DNA from: Escherichia coli
GTDB taxonomy: Bacteria > Pseudomonadota > Gammaproteobacteria > Enterobacterales > Enterobacteriaceae
DNA length: 64,000 bases
Reading direction: 5' to 3' (one strand)
Assembly (NCBI RefSeq): GCF_044324875.1
Contig: NZ_CP172185.1
Positions 7,341-19,340 of the stretch are shown here, piece by piece. How positions within the stretch are numbered: the first letter of the stretch is position 1; each line of letters begins with the position of its first letter. The translations under genes and the position numbers were made by a program. The notes beneath the pieces were generated by a model, which saw nothing but the letters and a program-made list of their open reading frames with translations, made no database searches and was not told the origin of the DNA.

Positions 7341-9845
7341 ATGTCACAAACTATCGACCTGACCCTGGACGGCCTGTCCTGCGGTCACTGCGTTAAACGC
7401 GTGAAAGAAAGTCTCGAACAGCGCCCGGATGTTGAGCAGGCGGATGTGTCTGTCACTGAAGCGCACGTTACCGGGACTGCCAGTGCAGAACAGCTGATCG
7501 AAACCATCAAACAAGCGGGTTATGACGCATCTGTAAGCCACCCAAAGGCTAAACCGCTGGCGGAGTCATCAATCCCGTCGGAAGCACTGACAGCGGTTTC
7601 TGAGGCGCTTCCGGCAGCGACCGCCGATGACGATGACAGCCAGCAGTTGCTGCTGAGCGGCATGAGCTGCGCCAGCTGTGTCACCCGCGTACAAAATGCG
7701 TTGCAAAGCGTACCGGGCGTCACTCAGGCACGGGTAAACCTGGCGGAGCGTACTGCGCTGGTGATGGGCAGTGCCTCCCCACAAGATTTAGTGCAGGCGG
7801 TGGAAAAAGCGGGCTACGGCGCGGAAGCGATTGAAGATGACGCTAAACGCCGCGAGCGCCAGCAGGAAACCGCCGTCGCTACGATGAAGCGCTTCCGCTG
7901 GCAGGCAATTGTCGCACTGGCGGTGGGTATCCCGGTGATGGTCTGGGGGATGATCGGCGATAACATGATGGTCACCGCTGACAACCGCAGCTTGTGGTTA
8001 GTTATCGGCCTGATAACCCTGGCAGTGATGGTTTTCGCCGGCGGCCATTTTTACCGTAGTGCATGGAAAAGCCTGCTGAACGGTGCAGCGACGATGGATA
8101 CGCTGGTGGCGCTGGGTACTGGCGTGGCGTGGCTCTATTCGATGAGCGTCAACCTGTGGCCGCAGTGGTTCCCGATGGAAGCGCGACATCTTTATTACGA
8201 AGCCAGCGCGATGATTATCGGTCTGATCAATCTCGGTCATATGCTGGAAGCGCGCGCACGTCAGCGTTCTTCAAAGGCGCTGGAGAAATTACTCGATTTA
8301 ACCCCACCGACGGCGCGCCTGGTCACCGACGAAGGTGAAAAAAGCGTGCCGCTGGCGGAAGTGCAGCCAGGTATGTTGCTGCGCCTGACGACCGGCGATC
8401 GCGTGCCGGTAGATGGCGAGATTACCCAGGGCGAAGCATGGCTGGATGAAGCGATGCTGACGGGCGAACCAATCCCGCAGCAAAAAGGCGAAGGCGATAG
8501 CGTCCATGCCGGGACAGTGGTACAGGACGGCAGTGTGCTGTTTCGTGCCAGTGCGGTCGGCAGCCATACTACGCTGTCACGAATCATTCGCATGGTGCGC
8601 CAGGCCCAGAGCAGCAAGCCTGAAATCGGCCAACTGGCGGATAAAATCTCCGCTGTGTTTGTGCCGGTGGTGGTAGTCATTGCGCTGATCAGTGCGGCAA
8701 TCTGGTATTTCTTTGGTCCGGCACCGCAGATTGTCTATACCCTGGTGATTGCCACCACGGTGCTGATTATCGCCTGTCCGTGTGCGCTGGGACTGGCGAC
8801 GCCGATGTCGATTATTTCGGGCGTCGGGCGGGCGGCTGAGTTTGGTGTGCTGGTGCGGGACGCCGACGCGCTGCAACGCGCCAGTACGCTCGACACCGTG
8901 GTGTTCGATAAAACCGGGACGCTGACCGAAGGGAAGCCGCAGGTTGTCGCAGTAAAAACATTTGCTGATGTTGATGAAGCGCAAGCATTGCGTCTGGCGG
9001 CGGCGCTGGAGCAAGGTTCCAGCCACCCGCTGGCACGGGCGATCCTCGATAAAGCAGGTGATATGCAGCTACCGCAGGTCAACGGTTTCCGCACATTGCG
9101 CGGGCTGGGTGTGAGCGGTGAAGCTGAAGGTCATGCGGTATTGCTGGGCAATCAGGCGCTGTTAAATGACCAGCAAGTTGATACTAAAGCGATTGAGGCA
9201 GATATTTCAGCTCAGGCATCGCAAGGTGCAACGCCTGTGCTGCTGGCGGTTGACGGGAAAGCGGTAGCCCTGCTGGCTGTACGCGATCCGTTGCGTAGTG
9301 ATAGCGTGGCGGCGCTGCAACGCCTGCATAAAGCGGGATATCGTCTGGTGATGTTGACCGGGGATAACCCAACCACCGCCAATGCGATCGCCAAAGAAGC
9401 AGGGATTGATGAGGTGATAGCCGGCGTGCTGCCGGACGGTAAAGCCGAAGCGATCAAACGTCTTCAAAGTGAAGGACGTCAGGTGGCAATGGTGGGCGAC
9501 GGCATTAACGATGCGCCAGCGCTGGCTCAGGCGGATGTCGGTATTGCGATGGGTGGCGGCAGTGATGTTGCCATTGAAACCGCGGCGATTACCCTGATGC
9601 GCCATAGCCTGATGGGTGTTGCAGATGCGCTCGCGATTTCCCGCGCAACGCTGCGCAATATGAAGCAGAACCTGCTCGGTGCGTTTATCTACAACAGCAT
9701 TGGTATTCCGGTCGCCGCCGGTATTTTGTGGCCGTTCACTGGAACACTGCTTAACCCGGTGGTTGCCGGAGCGGCAATGGCGCTCTCGTCGATTACCGTA
9801 GTGAGTAACGCCAACCGGTTACTGCGGTTTAAACCGAAAGAGTGA
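7341..9845 (+). CDS. copA: Cu(I)-translocating P-type ATPase
   Basis: 834 aa. Two N-terminal CxxC metal-binding domains, CPC motif, DKTGT phosphorylation site. Confidence 0.97.
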   Translation: MSQTIDLTLDGLSCGHCVKRVKESLEQRPDVEQADVSVTEAHVTGTASAEQLIETIKQAGYDASVSHPKAKPLAESSIPSEALTAVSEALPAATADDDDSQQLLLSGMSCASCVTRVQNALQSVPGVTQARVNLAERTALVMGSASPQDLVQAVEKAGYGAEAIEDDAKRRERQQETAVATMKRFRWQAIVALAVGIPVMVWGMIGDNMMVTADNRSLWLVIGLITLAVMVFAGGHFYRSAWKSLLNGAATMDTLVALGTGVAWLYSMSVNLWPQWFPMEARHLYYEASAMIIGLINLGHMLEARARQRSSKALEKLLDLTPPTARLVTDEGEKSVPLAEVQPGMLLRLTTGDRVPVDGEITQGEAWLDEAMLTGEPIPQQKGEGDSVHAGTVVQDGSVLFRASAVGSHTTLSRIIRMVRQAQSSKPEIGQLADKISAVFVPVVVVIALISAAIWYFFGPAPQIVYTLVIATTVLIIACPCALGLATPMSIISGVGRAAEFGVLVRDADALQRASTLDTVVFDKTGTLTEGKPQVVAVKTFADVDEAQALRLAAALEQGSSHPLARAILDKAGDMQLPQVNGFRTLRGLGVSGEAEGHAVLLGNQALLNDQQVDTKAIEADISAQASQGATPVLLAVDGKAVALLAVRDPLRSDSVAALQRLHKAGYRLVMLTGDNPTTANAIAKEAGIDEVIAGVLPDGKAEAIKRLQSEGRQVAMVGDGINDAPALAQADVGIAMGGGSDVAIETAAITLMRHSLMGVADALAISRATLRNMKQNLLGAFIYNSIGIPVAAGILWPFTGTLLNPVVAGAAMALSSITVVSNANRLLRFKPKE

Positions 9846-10273
9846 TTGGTATTTACTTAATGCGTTTGTGAGATCCAGTTCTTGTTGCGCTCCTTTTATG
9901 AGTCATGCCATATAAAGTGACTGGCGCAGGGAGCGCGCAGGGGGCGGCCAATCGCCGCCGCCCCCTGCCCCCCCGGGCTCTGGCGAACAAAATCGCCGCT
10001 GCGCGGTACCCTCAGCTTATCCCTTGCGGCTACCGGGTCGGGCGCGAGGTAACATCCCTGTAAAACGCGCCCTCAGCCCACATCCATGTGGGCTGCCCCG
10101 GCCTTCAGGGAACGCCTCGGCGATTTTGACGCCACCAACACCGGTGCAGTCTTTCGTTTCAAAGCAAAAACAATTTTTCGATCATATTTAAGCTACCACT
10201 GAACAAGCCTCATAACTCCATTTGCGCCATCCCTCCCCGCGCGCTAGCATGATATTTCACAAAGGGAGGTCGT

Positions 10274-11068
10274 ATGGATCTGTTGTACCGGGTAAAAACG
10301 CTTTGGGCCGCGCTGCGCGGTAATCATTACACCTGGCCTGCTATCGATATCTCTCTTCCCGGCAATCGCCATTTTCATCTGATTGGCAGTATTCATATGG
10401 GTAGCCACGATATGGCTCCCCTGCCCACCCGTTTGCTCAAAAAGCTCAAAAACGCCGATGCGCTGATCGTCGAGGCGGATGTTTCCACCAGCGATACGCC
10501 TTTTGCTAATTTGCCTGCCTGCGAGGCGCTGGAAGAGCGCATTAGCGAGGAGCAACTCCAAAATCTGCAGCACATTAGCCAGGAGATGGGCATTTCTACC
10601 TCACTCTTTTCTACCCAACCGCTGTGGCAAATCGCGATGGTTCTTCAGGCGACGCAGGCACAAAAACTGGGGCTGCGGGCAGAATACGGTATCGATTACC
10701 AGCTATTGCAGGCGGCGAAGCAACAACATAAACCCGTGATTGAACTGGAAGGGGCTGAAAACCAGATTGCCATGTTGCTCCAGCTCCCTGACAAAGGACT
10801 GGCGCTGCTGGACGATACGCTGACCCACTGGCACACCAATGCACGGTTGCTGCAACAAATGATGAGCTGGTGGCTGAATGCGCCGCCGCAAAATAATGAA
10901 ATAACGCTGCGTAATACGTTCAGTCAATCGCTGTACGATGTGCTGATGCATCAGCGAAATCTCGCCTGGCGGGACAAATTATGCGCCATGCCGCCGGGGC
11001 GCTATGTGGTCGCAGTCGGTGCACTACACCTGTATGGAGAAGGGAATTTGCCGCAGATGTTGCGCTAA
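10274..11068 (+). CDS. ybaP: TraB-family protein YbaP
   Basis: 264-aa ORF matching E. coli YbaP from memory. Confidence 0.9.
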   Translation: MDLLYRVKTLWAALRGNHYTWPAIDISLPGNRHFHLIGSIHMGSHDMAPLPTRLLKKLKNADALIVEADVSTSDTPFANLPACEALEERISEEQLQNLQHISQEMGISTSLFSTQPLWQIAMVLQATQAQKLGLRAEYGIDYQLLQAAKQQHKPVIELEGAENQIAMLLQLPDKGLALLDDTLTHWHTNARLLQQMMSWWLNAPPQNNEITLRNTFSQSLYDVLMHQRNLAWRDKLCAMPPGRYVVAVGALHLYGEGNLPQMLR

Positions 11069-11150
11069 AAAAATGGCCAATATCGCTATTGGCCCGTCAA
11101 AGAGGAATTTCATATTTTTATTATTATGCCGTCACTTTAAGCGACGGTGT
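11067..11150 (-). ncRNA. chiX: ChiX (SroB/MicM) small RNA
   Basis: Reverse complement reads ACACCGTCGCTTAAAGTGACGGCATAATAATAAAAA...GGCCAATAGCGATATTGGCCATTTTTTT, in the ybaP-ybaK intergenic region. Confidence 0.9.
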
Positions 11151-11256
11151 AACTCGATTGTCGCTCAATCTCACCATCCTGCCAATACTCTTAGGCAAGA
11201 TGACTCTTTTTTTTGGACCGCCATCAGGCGTATGCTTGCTTCGTTTTTTTGTTTAA

Positions 11257-11751
<495 letters not shown>

Positions 11752-11787
11752 GCATTGTGCCGGATGCGAACATCCGGCACTTTCGGA

Positions 11788-13440
11788 TTACTGCCAGCTC
11801 ACCTCACCTTTCGGTTCATAGACACTCACATCCAGCGGCGAGCTCTTCTGGATATACGCTTTCAGCACTTCGGCATCAATAAAGCCGGTATTCACATAGC
11901 CCGGTTTGTTATCAAGGCGCGGATAGCCATCACCGCCGGTGGCATTGAAGTTTAATGTCGCCATACGGTAAGTTTTCGCTGGATCGACCGGTTCGCCTTT
12001 GATTTTAAGGTCGTTCAGTTTGCCGTCTTTCGCCACAAAGCTAACGTTGGCAAATTGCGGGTAGGCACCTGAATCTGGCTTCATTTGTGCGACGGCGGTC
12101 AGGTAATCAATCACCTCTTTACCGGTCATGTCGGCATACACCACCACATTGCCGAATGGCTGCACTTTCAGCACGTTTTTATAGCTGATATCGCCTGCTT
12201 CGATAGAATCACGAATTCCGCCTCCACTCATCACCGCAAAGTCAGCACCAGTGCGATCCATTTGTGCTGCCAGAATTAACCGCCCCATATTGGTCTGTAC
12301 AAAACGCACTTTGTCACGATCGCCTTCCAGACGACCATTGGTTTCGCCTATTTTCACGTCCAGCTGCGCTTTGCCTTTGTTCTGGAACGGCGATAACAGC
12401 GAGATCATTTGCTGGTTTTCAGCGATTTCAGGAGTGTAAAGCACGCGCTCGCTTTTCCCGTCTTCCCAGGTAACTTTCTTCTTCAGGTTCACCGGAATCA
12501 GCTGGTAGTTAACCATTTTCATTTCGCCATTACGAAACTCAAAATCAGCCCGTCCCACGTATTTGCCCCACTCATGCGCCTGCACAATCCAGATGCCGTT
12601 TTGTTGATCCGGTTTGCATGGCGTACCCGGCACGTAATCGACCTGTTTTTTGTTTTCTGCCGCCATGCAGACCGGATCTTGCGAGTGACCACCGACGATC
12701 ATCGCCAGCGATCCGGCAGGCAGCGCGCGCGCCATCTCCACATCGCCCGGTGCGTTAGAGCCGTGCTCACCATTGTCGTAATGCCCCATATGGGTCGCCG
12801 CGATAATAATGTCTGGCTTTTCTGTCTGTTGCAGCTCCTGAATCACCAGCTTCGCTTCATCGGCGGGCTTACGGAACTCAATATCGGTGAAGTTTTCTGG
12901 GTTGCCTAACTTCGCTGTGTCATCCGTCGTCAGGCCAATAACGGCAATTTTCAGATCCTGACGCTTAAACAGCGCCCATGGTTTAAACAGGCGCTCGCCG
13001 GTACTTTTCTGGTAGATATTGGCAGAAAGTAACGGGAACTTTGCCCACTTTTCCTGCTGGCGTAATACGGTGAGCGGGTTATCAAATTCATGATTACCGA
13101 TTGCCATCGCATCGTAACCCACCAGATTCATGCCGCGAAAATCAGGTTCGGCATCCTGTAAGTCAGACTCGGGCACGCCAGTGTTAATGTCGCCACCGGA
13201 AAGTAGCAGCACGCTACCGCCTTCAGCCGCAACCTCTTTGCGGATACCATCCACCAGCGTTTTTTGCGCCGCCAGACCATATTCGCCATATTCATTGCGC
13301 CAAAAATGCCCATGATGATCATTGGTGTGCAGAACTGTAATTTTGTAGGTTTTATCCTGCTCATACGCCAGAGCAGTTTCACTCGCCAGTGTAAATGTGG
13401 TTAACAGTGCTAACGCCACGCCCCGCTGCAATAATTTCAT
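11788..13440 (-). CDS. ushA: UDP-sugar hydrolase / 5'-nucleotidase
   Basis: 550 aa with signal peptide and metallophosphatase motifs. Confidence 0.95.
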   Translation of the reverse strand: MKLLQRGVALALLTTFTLASETALAYEQDKTYKITVLHTNDHHGHFWRNEYGEYGLAAQKTLVDGIRKEVAAEGGSVLLLSGGDINTGVPESDLQDAEPDFRGMNLVGYDAMAIGNHEFDNPLTVLRQQEKWAKFPLLSANIYQKSTGERLFKPWALFKRQDLKIAVIGLTTDDTAKLGNPENFTDIEFRKPADEAKLVIQELQQTEKPDIIIAATHMGHYDNGEHGSNAPGDVEMARALPAGSLAMIVGGHSQDPVCMAAENKKQVDYVPGTPCKPDQQNGIWIVQAHEWGKYVGRADFEFRNGEMKMVNYQLIPVNLKKKVTWEDGKSERVLYTPEIAENQQMISLLSPFQNKGKAQLDVKIGETNGRLEGDRDKVRFVQTNMGRLILAAQMDRTGADFAVMSGGGIRDSIEAGDISYKNVLKVQPFGNVVVYADMTGKEVIDYLTAVAQMKPDSGAYPQFANVSFVAKDGKLNDLKIKGEPVDPAKTYRMATLNFNATGGDGYPRLDNKPGYVNTGFIDAEVLKAYIQKSSPLDVSVYEPKGEVSWQ

Positions 13441-13657
13441 ACTTCTCTCCCTGACCTGATTTCAACGTGTTGAAAAATAGTATGACGCGACATCATAGAC
13501 AAGTCTGCGTCCGGTGAAGATAAATCTGCATCCAGATTAGAAATTCTGTATTCAGCGTTGAGACTTCCTTCAGGCGACGCATACAGGTATGTTAGTCGGG
13601 TAATAATCACAAATAAGATCATTCTTTACATCGCAACCCTGAAAAAGTGACTTTCCT

Positions 13658-14878
13658 ATGGCAATGAGTGAACAAACCCAGCCTGTGGCGGGCGCGGCTG
13701 CGTCAACGACCAAGGCCCGAACATCGTTTGGTATTTTAGGTGCTATCAGCCTCTCACATCTGCTGAACGACATGATCCAATCGCTGATTCTGGCGATTTA
13801 TCCGCTGCTTCAGTCAGAATTTTCTCTGACATTTATGCAGATTGGCATGATAACCCTCACCTTCCAGCTCGCCTCTTCGCTACTGCAACCAGTGGTCGGC
13901 TACTGGACCGATAAATATCCGATGCCGTGGTCGTTGCCAATTGGCATGTGCTTTACCTTAAGTGGTCTGGTGCTGCTGGCGCTGGCGGGCAGTTTTGGCG
14001 CAGTTCTGCTGGCGGCGGCGCTGGTCGGTACCGGTTCATCGGTCTTTCATCCGGAATCTTCTCGCGTAGCCCGTATGGCTTCCGGCGGGCGGCATGGCCT
14101 GGCGCAATCTATCTTCCAGGTCGGCGGCAACTTTGGCAGTTCCCTGGGACCCTTGCTGGCGGCGGTGATTATCGCGCCTTATGGCAAAGGCAACGTTGCC
14201 TGGTTTGTGCTTGCGGCACTGCTGGCGATCGTGGTGTTGGCGCAAATCAGCCGTTGGTACTCGGCACAGCACCGAATGAATAAAGGAAAACCCAAAGCGA
14301 CGATTATCAATCCGCTGCCGCGCAACAAAGTGGTACTGGCGGTCAGCATTCTGTTAATCCTCATTTTCTCGAAATATTTCTATATGGCGAGCATCAGCAG
14401 CTATTACACCTTTTATCTGATGCAAAAATTCGGATTATCTATCCAGAATGCTCAGCTTCATCTGTTTGCCTTCCTGTTTGCCGTTGCGGCAGGTACGGTG
14501 ATCGGCGGGCCTGTAGGGGATAAAATTGGGCGAAAATATGTGATTTGGGGCTCTATCCTCGGCGTTGCGCCGTTTACGCTGATTTTACCCTACGCCAGCC
14601 TGCACTGGACGGGGGTTTTAACGGTGATTATTGGATTTATCCTCGCTTCGGCATTCTCTGCCATTCTGGTCTACGCTCAGGAGCTACTTCCGGGACGTAT
14701 CGGTATGGTTTCTGGACTCTTTTTCGGTTTTGCTTTTGGCATGGGAGGTCTGGGAGCGGCAGTTCTGGGGCTTATCGCCGATCACACCAGCATCGAGTTA
14801 GTCTATAAAATCTGTGCTTTCCTGCCACTATTGGGGATGTTGACCATATTCCTGCCTGATAACCGGCATAAAGACTGA
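13658..14878 (+). CDS. fsr: Fosmidomycin-resistance MFS transporter
   Basis: 406-aa polytopic membrane protein matching Fsr. Confidence 0.93.
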   Translation: MAMSEQTQPVAGAAASTTKARTSFGILGAISLSHLLNDMIQSLILAIYPLLQSEFSLTFMQIGMITLTFQLASSLLQPVVGYWTDKYPMPWSLPIGMCFTLSGLVLLALAGSFGAVLLAAALVGTGSSVFHPESSRVARMASGGRHGLAQSIFQVGGNFGSSLGPLLAAVIIAPYGKGNVAWFVLAALLAIVVLAQISRWYSAQHRMNKGKPKATIINPLPRNKVVLAVSILLILIFSKYFYMASISSYYTFYLMQKFGLSIQNAQLHLFAFLFAVAAGTVIGGPVGDKIGRKYVIWGSILGVAPFTLILPYASLHWTGVLTVIIGFILASAFSAILVYAQELLPGRIGMVSGLFFGFAFGMGGLGAAVLGLIADHTSIELVYKICAFLPLLGMLTIFLPDNRHKD

Positions 14879-15115
14879 TTTCATTGCAGCCAAAGGCAAA
14901 CTTTGGCTGCATCATTTTACAGTCGCCATAAGCCTTTCCTCTGTTAAACCGCCTTCAGTTTTCCGATCCGTGCTTTTTTTGCAGCTAATTCCATTTTTCT
15001 GCAAAATTCAACAATTATTCATAAACATCATCAATGAAATTGTCATAAACTATTACCTGTAATTTTGGTTTTCCCGGCCAAAAATGGACAATAACCACCA
15101 GGAAAAGGAGACGGA

Positions 15116-16792
15116 ATGCATCACGCCACCCCGCTTATCACCACCATTGTTGGCGGCCTTGTGCTCGCCTTTATCCTCGGCATGCTGGCCAATAAACTAC
15201 GTATTTCTCCTCTGGTGGGATATCTGTTAGCGGGTGTGCTGGCAGGACCATTCACTCCGGGCTTTGTTGCCGATACCAAGCTTGCGCCGGAACTGGCTGA
15301 ACTGGGCGTCATTCTGTTGATGTTTGGCGTGGGTCTGCACTTTTCGCTGAAGGATTTGATGGCGGTAAAGGCCATCGCCATTCCCGGCGCGATCGCCCAG
15401 ATAGCCGTGGCGACGCTGCTGGGTATGGCGCTCTCCGCCGTGCTGGGCTGGTCGTTAATGACCGGTATCGTGTTCGGCTTATGCCTTTCCACCGCCAGTA
15501 CCGTGGTGTTACTGCGCGCACTTGAAGAACGGCAATTAATAGACAGTCAGCGTGGGCAAATCGCCATCGGTTGGTTGATTGTGGAAGACCTGGTAATGGT
15601 TCTGACGCTGGTGTTGCTGCCCGCAGTTGCAGGAATGATGGAACAAGGCGATGTGGGCTTTGCCACTCTTGCTGTCGATATGGGGATCACCATCGGCAAG
15701 GTGATCGCATTTATCGCCATTATGATGCTGGTAGGTCGCCGTCTGGTGCCGTGGATTATGGCACGCAGCGCAGCAACCGGTTCCCGTGAGCTGTTTACCC
15801 TGTCGGTGCTGGCGCTGGCGTTAGGGATTGCCTTTGGTGCGGTGGAGCTGTTTGATGTCTCCTTTGCACTCGGTGCGTTCTTTGCCGGGATGGTACTGAA
15901 CGAGTCTGAACTGAGTCACCGTGCCGCCCACGATACGCTGCCATTGCGCGATGCGTTTGCGGTGCTGTTTTTTGTCTCCGTCGGGATGTTGTTTGATCCG
16001 TTAATTCTGATTCAGCAACCGCTGGCAGTGCTGGCGACGCTGGCGATTATTCTGTTTGGTAAGTCGTTAGCCGCTTTTTTCCTGGTGCGACTGTTTGGTC
16101 ACTCCCAACGTACGGCATTAACTATCGCCGCCAGCCTGGCGCAAATTGGTGAGTTCGCGTTTATCCTGGCGGGACTGGGCATGGCGCTGGATCTGTTGCC
16201 GCAAGCCGGGCAGAACCTGGTACTGGCAGGGGCGATTTTGTCGATTATGCTCAACCCGGTCCTGTTTGCGCTGCTGGAGAAATATCTGGCGAAGACCGAA
16301 ACGCTGGAAGAGCAGACGCTGGAAGAGGCTATCGAAGAAGAGAAGCAGATCCCAGTGGATATTTGCAACCATGCGCTACTGGTAGGTTACGGTCGTGTAG
16401 GCAGCCTGCTGGGGGAGAAATTGCTCGCCTCTGATATTCCGCTGGTGGTGATTGAGACGTCACGAACCCGTGTTGATGAACTGCGAGAGCGCGGGGTCCG
16501 CGCAGTATTGGGCAATGCAGCGAACGAAGAAATTATGCAACTGGCGCATCTGGAATGTGCTAAATGGCTGATCCTGACGATTCCCAACGGTTATGAAGCG
16601 GGCGAGATTGTGGCATCTGCCCGCGCGAAAAATCCGGATATTGAGATTATCGCCCGCGCCCATTATGACGATGAAGTGGCGTATATCACCGAACGTGGCG
16701 CGAATCAGGTAGTGATGGGTGAGCGTGAAATTGCTCGTACTATGCTAGAACTGCTGGAAACACCACCGGCGGGTGAAGTGGTGACGGGGTAA
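15116..16792 (+). CDS. ybaL: Cation:proton antiporter (CPA2 family) with C-terminal RCK domain
   Basis: 558 aa; membrane domain followed by a Rossmann GxGxxG segment. Confidence 0.93.
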   Translation: MHHATPLITTIVGGLVLAFILGMLANKLRISPLVGYLLAGVLAGPFTPGFVADTKLAPELAELGVILLMFGVGLHFSLKDLMAVKAIAIPGAIAQIAVATLLGMALSAVLGWSLMTGIVFGLCLSTASTVVLLRALEERQLIDSQRGQIAIGWLIVEDLVMVLTLVLLPAVAGMMEQGDVGFATLAVDMGITIGKVIAFIAIMMLVGRRLVPWIMARSAATGSRELFTLSVLALALGIAFGAVELFDVSFALGAFFAGMVLNESELSHRAAHDTLPLRDAFAVLFFVSVGMLFDPLILIQQPLAVLATLAIILFGKSLAAFFLVRLFGHSQRTALTIAASLAQIGEFAFILAGLGMALDLLPQAGQNLVLAGAILSIMLNPVLFALLEKYLAKTETLEEQTLEEAIEEEKQIPVDICNHALLVGYGRVGSLLGEKLLASDIPLVVIETSRTRVDELRERGVRAVLGNAANEEIMQLAHLECAKWLILTIPNGYEAGEIVASARAKNPDIEIIARAHYDDEVAYITERGANQVVMGEREIARTMLELLETPPAGEVVTG

Positions 16793-16799
16793 ACGGTGG

Positions 16800-16920
16800 T
16801 TGCCGGATGTAAAATATGAAAAATATGTAGGCATGATAAGACGCGCCAGCGTCGCATCAGGCATTGAGAGCAAAATGCCAGATGCGGCGTGAACGCCTTA
16901 TCTGGCCTACGAACCGACGA
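16800..16920. repeat. REP/BIME palindromic elements
   Basis: GCCGGATG...GCATCAGGC and GCCTTATCTGGCCTACG-type REP sequences between convergent ybaL and gsk. Confidence 0.7.
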
Positions 16921-16924
16921 TAAC

Positions 16925-18229
16925 TTAACGATCCCAGTAAGACTCTTCCAGGCTGTCTTCACGCTCCGGCAAGCCGCGCGTTAAACGAGGTGAATGCTGG
17001 TTCAGTACCTGATAGCTCACACGGTTAGCATATTTACACACCTGCGCTAACGATGAATAAGTTAACCAGGTGAATTTATGTTTGCTGGAGTTTGGTACGT
17101 TGCTACGGTGGTAGCTGTTGGCGGTAATATCATGCAGCAACGCTGCCAATGCGCCATCCCCTGCTCCGTTAGTGTTCATGATTTTTTCCGGCCCGCCCAT
17201 GTACGGCGCAATGTGCGAATAGACACGCAGCGGATTCTGGCAATCCTTGTGGCGCATGGCGCGGCTAAACTCATACTGGTTAAATTCCGCTATAGCGCCC
17301 GGCAGCAGTGGATGCTGGGTTTTACGTTTCGCTTCGTCTTCAGTAAAGCCCGCCATATACAAGCCGATTGGCCCGGCGGTGCACAGCACCAGATCAACCC
17401 AGTCCAGCGCCTTGTCAGATGCCAACAACGGATCGCTTTCTCCGGTCAACGCTTCGGCCTCATCTTCGTTCATCGCAAGGATAGAGACGTGATCTTTGAG
17501 GAATTGCTGCCACCACTGCGGATTCTCGGCAATGACAAACTTGGTGCCCAGCGTCAGCACCACCGGTACGTTATATTTCTTCGCGTACTCAATGGCTTTC
17601 ATGGTTGCTTCCGGCATGGGTTCACCCGGCTTGCAACGCACCAGATAAGAAGTGAGAACCAGTGCCGAGGCTCCGGCAATCACATCTTCCGGAATACTTT
17701 CAGCCCGCAGCTGGTTCATGTGGCCAGGGCTGATAGCAAAGGTACGTTCCCCGGACTCGCCAATCAGCGTAAAGCAACGACCTATCGGGCCATCCACGCC
17801 TTGTAGATAGTTAAGATCGGTACGGCTGGAGGTGTTACACAGGTAACGATAGGCATAGCTGCCAATTTCAATATTGCTGCACATGACGCCCAGCAGCACC
17901 TAACGGTCGTCCGCGAGCACCGAGTAGTTGTGCATGGTGTTACCAATAGTGCCACCCGCAAACTGATGGGTAATCAGGTTTTTCTGTTTTAGTTCCTGAT
18001 AAAGCGCTTCGGCTACGTCATCCTCAATCACCAGTGAATGCCCGGCGCTTAATCCATAACGCTCAATGAATTCATCATCCACTTTCGCTTCAATATCGAC
18101 CAGCGTTTGATCGATACCCACTACCCAGGCGGCGCTGGTTTCGTTTTCTGGCTGGAACTGCTGAAGCAGCGGATCGCGTGCATTTACAGGGAAGTAATGT
18201 TTGGATTTACGTTTACCGGGAAATTTCAT
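16925..18229 (-). pseudogene. gsk: Inosine-guanosine kinase interrupted by an in-frame TAG at codon 110
   Basis: Track ORFs 17900..18229 and 16925..17899 are contiguous in one frame, separated only by TAG (plus-strand cta at 17900-17902). 109 + 1 + 324 = 434 codons, the length of Gsk. Confidence 0.85.
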
Positions 18230-18380
18230 GGTTGTTTTTACGGGTGGTTAACTGAGCGGCGAATGTTAACACAATCTGACGGGAGCGCGCGAGACGCAGC
18301 CAGTTTCAATATCAGCAGGCGGGATCGCATTTTCATGGCAGTGGTTCCTTACAATGACGTAATTTGAAAGGAGTTTTTGC

Positions 18381-19340
18381 ATGAAGCCGGAAAACCAATT
18401 ACCCGTTCTGGACCTTATTTCTGCTGAAATGAAGACCGTTGTGAATACTCTTCAGCCGGATTTACCGCCCTGGCCCGCTACGGGAACGATTGCTGAGCAA
18501 CGACTGTATTACGCGCTTGAGCGCCGATTCTGGAATGCGGGCGCTCCAGAAATGGCAACCAGAGCTTACATGGTTCCAACAAAATATGGGCAGGTGGAAA
18601 CACGTCTCTTTTGTCCGCAGCCAGATAGTCCGGCGACGCTATTTTATTTGCATGGCGGCGGTTTTATTCTCGGCAATCTCGATACCCACGATCGCATCAT
18701 GCGCCTGCTGGCAAGCTACAGCCAATGTACGGTGATTGGCATTGATTACACCCTTTCACCTGAAGCGCGTTTTCCGCAAGCAATAGAGGAAATTGTGGCT
18801 GCCTGTTGTTATTTCCACCAGCAGGCGGAAGATTATCAAATCAATATGTCCCGCATTGGCTTTGCCGGTGATTCCGCAGGTGCCATGTTGGCGCTCGCCA
18901 GTGCGTTGTGGTTGCGTGATAAACAGATCGATTGCGGTAAAGTTGCGGGCGTTTTGCTGTGGTATGGGCTTTACGGATTACGGGATTCCGTGACTCGTCG
19001 TCTGTTGGGCGGTGTCTGGGATGGCTTAACGCAACGGGATTTACAGATGTATGAAGAGGCGTATTTAAGCAACGACGCGGACCGCGAGTCGCCGTATTAC
19101 TGCCTGTTTAATAATGATCTCACTCGCGAAGTCCCGCCCTGTTTTATTGCCGGGGCGGAGTTCGATCCGCTGCTGGATGACAGCCGTCTGCTTTACCAGA
19201 CGTTAGCGGCGCATCAGCAGCCCTGTGAGTTCAAACTCTACCCAGGCACGCTGCACGCCTTTTTGCATTATTCACGGATGATGAAAACCGCCGACGAGGC
19301 TCTTCGCGACGGCGCTCAATTCTTTACCGCTCAGCTTTAG
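18381..19340 (+). CDS. aes: Acetyl esterase
   Basis: 319 aa with HGGG and GDSAG motifs. Ends with TAG and overlaps the hemH 3' end by 4 nt. Confidence 0.95.

Noticed and set aside
17900-17902. Genome-wide amber recoding or a suppressor-dependent gene as the explanation for the gsk TAG
   Set aside because: TAG is used as an ordinary stop elsewhere in the window (aes ends in TAG at 19338-19340) and no other gene contains an internal TAG, so an isolated nonsense mutation or sequencing error is the simpler explanation.
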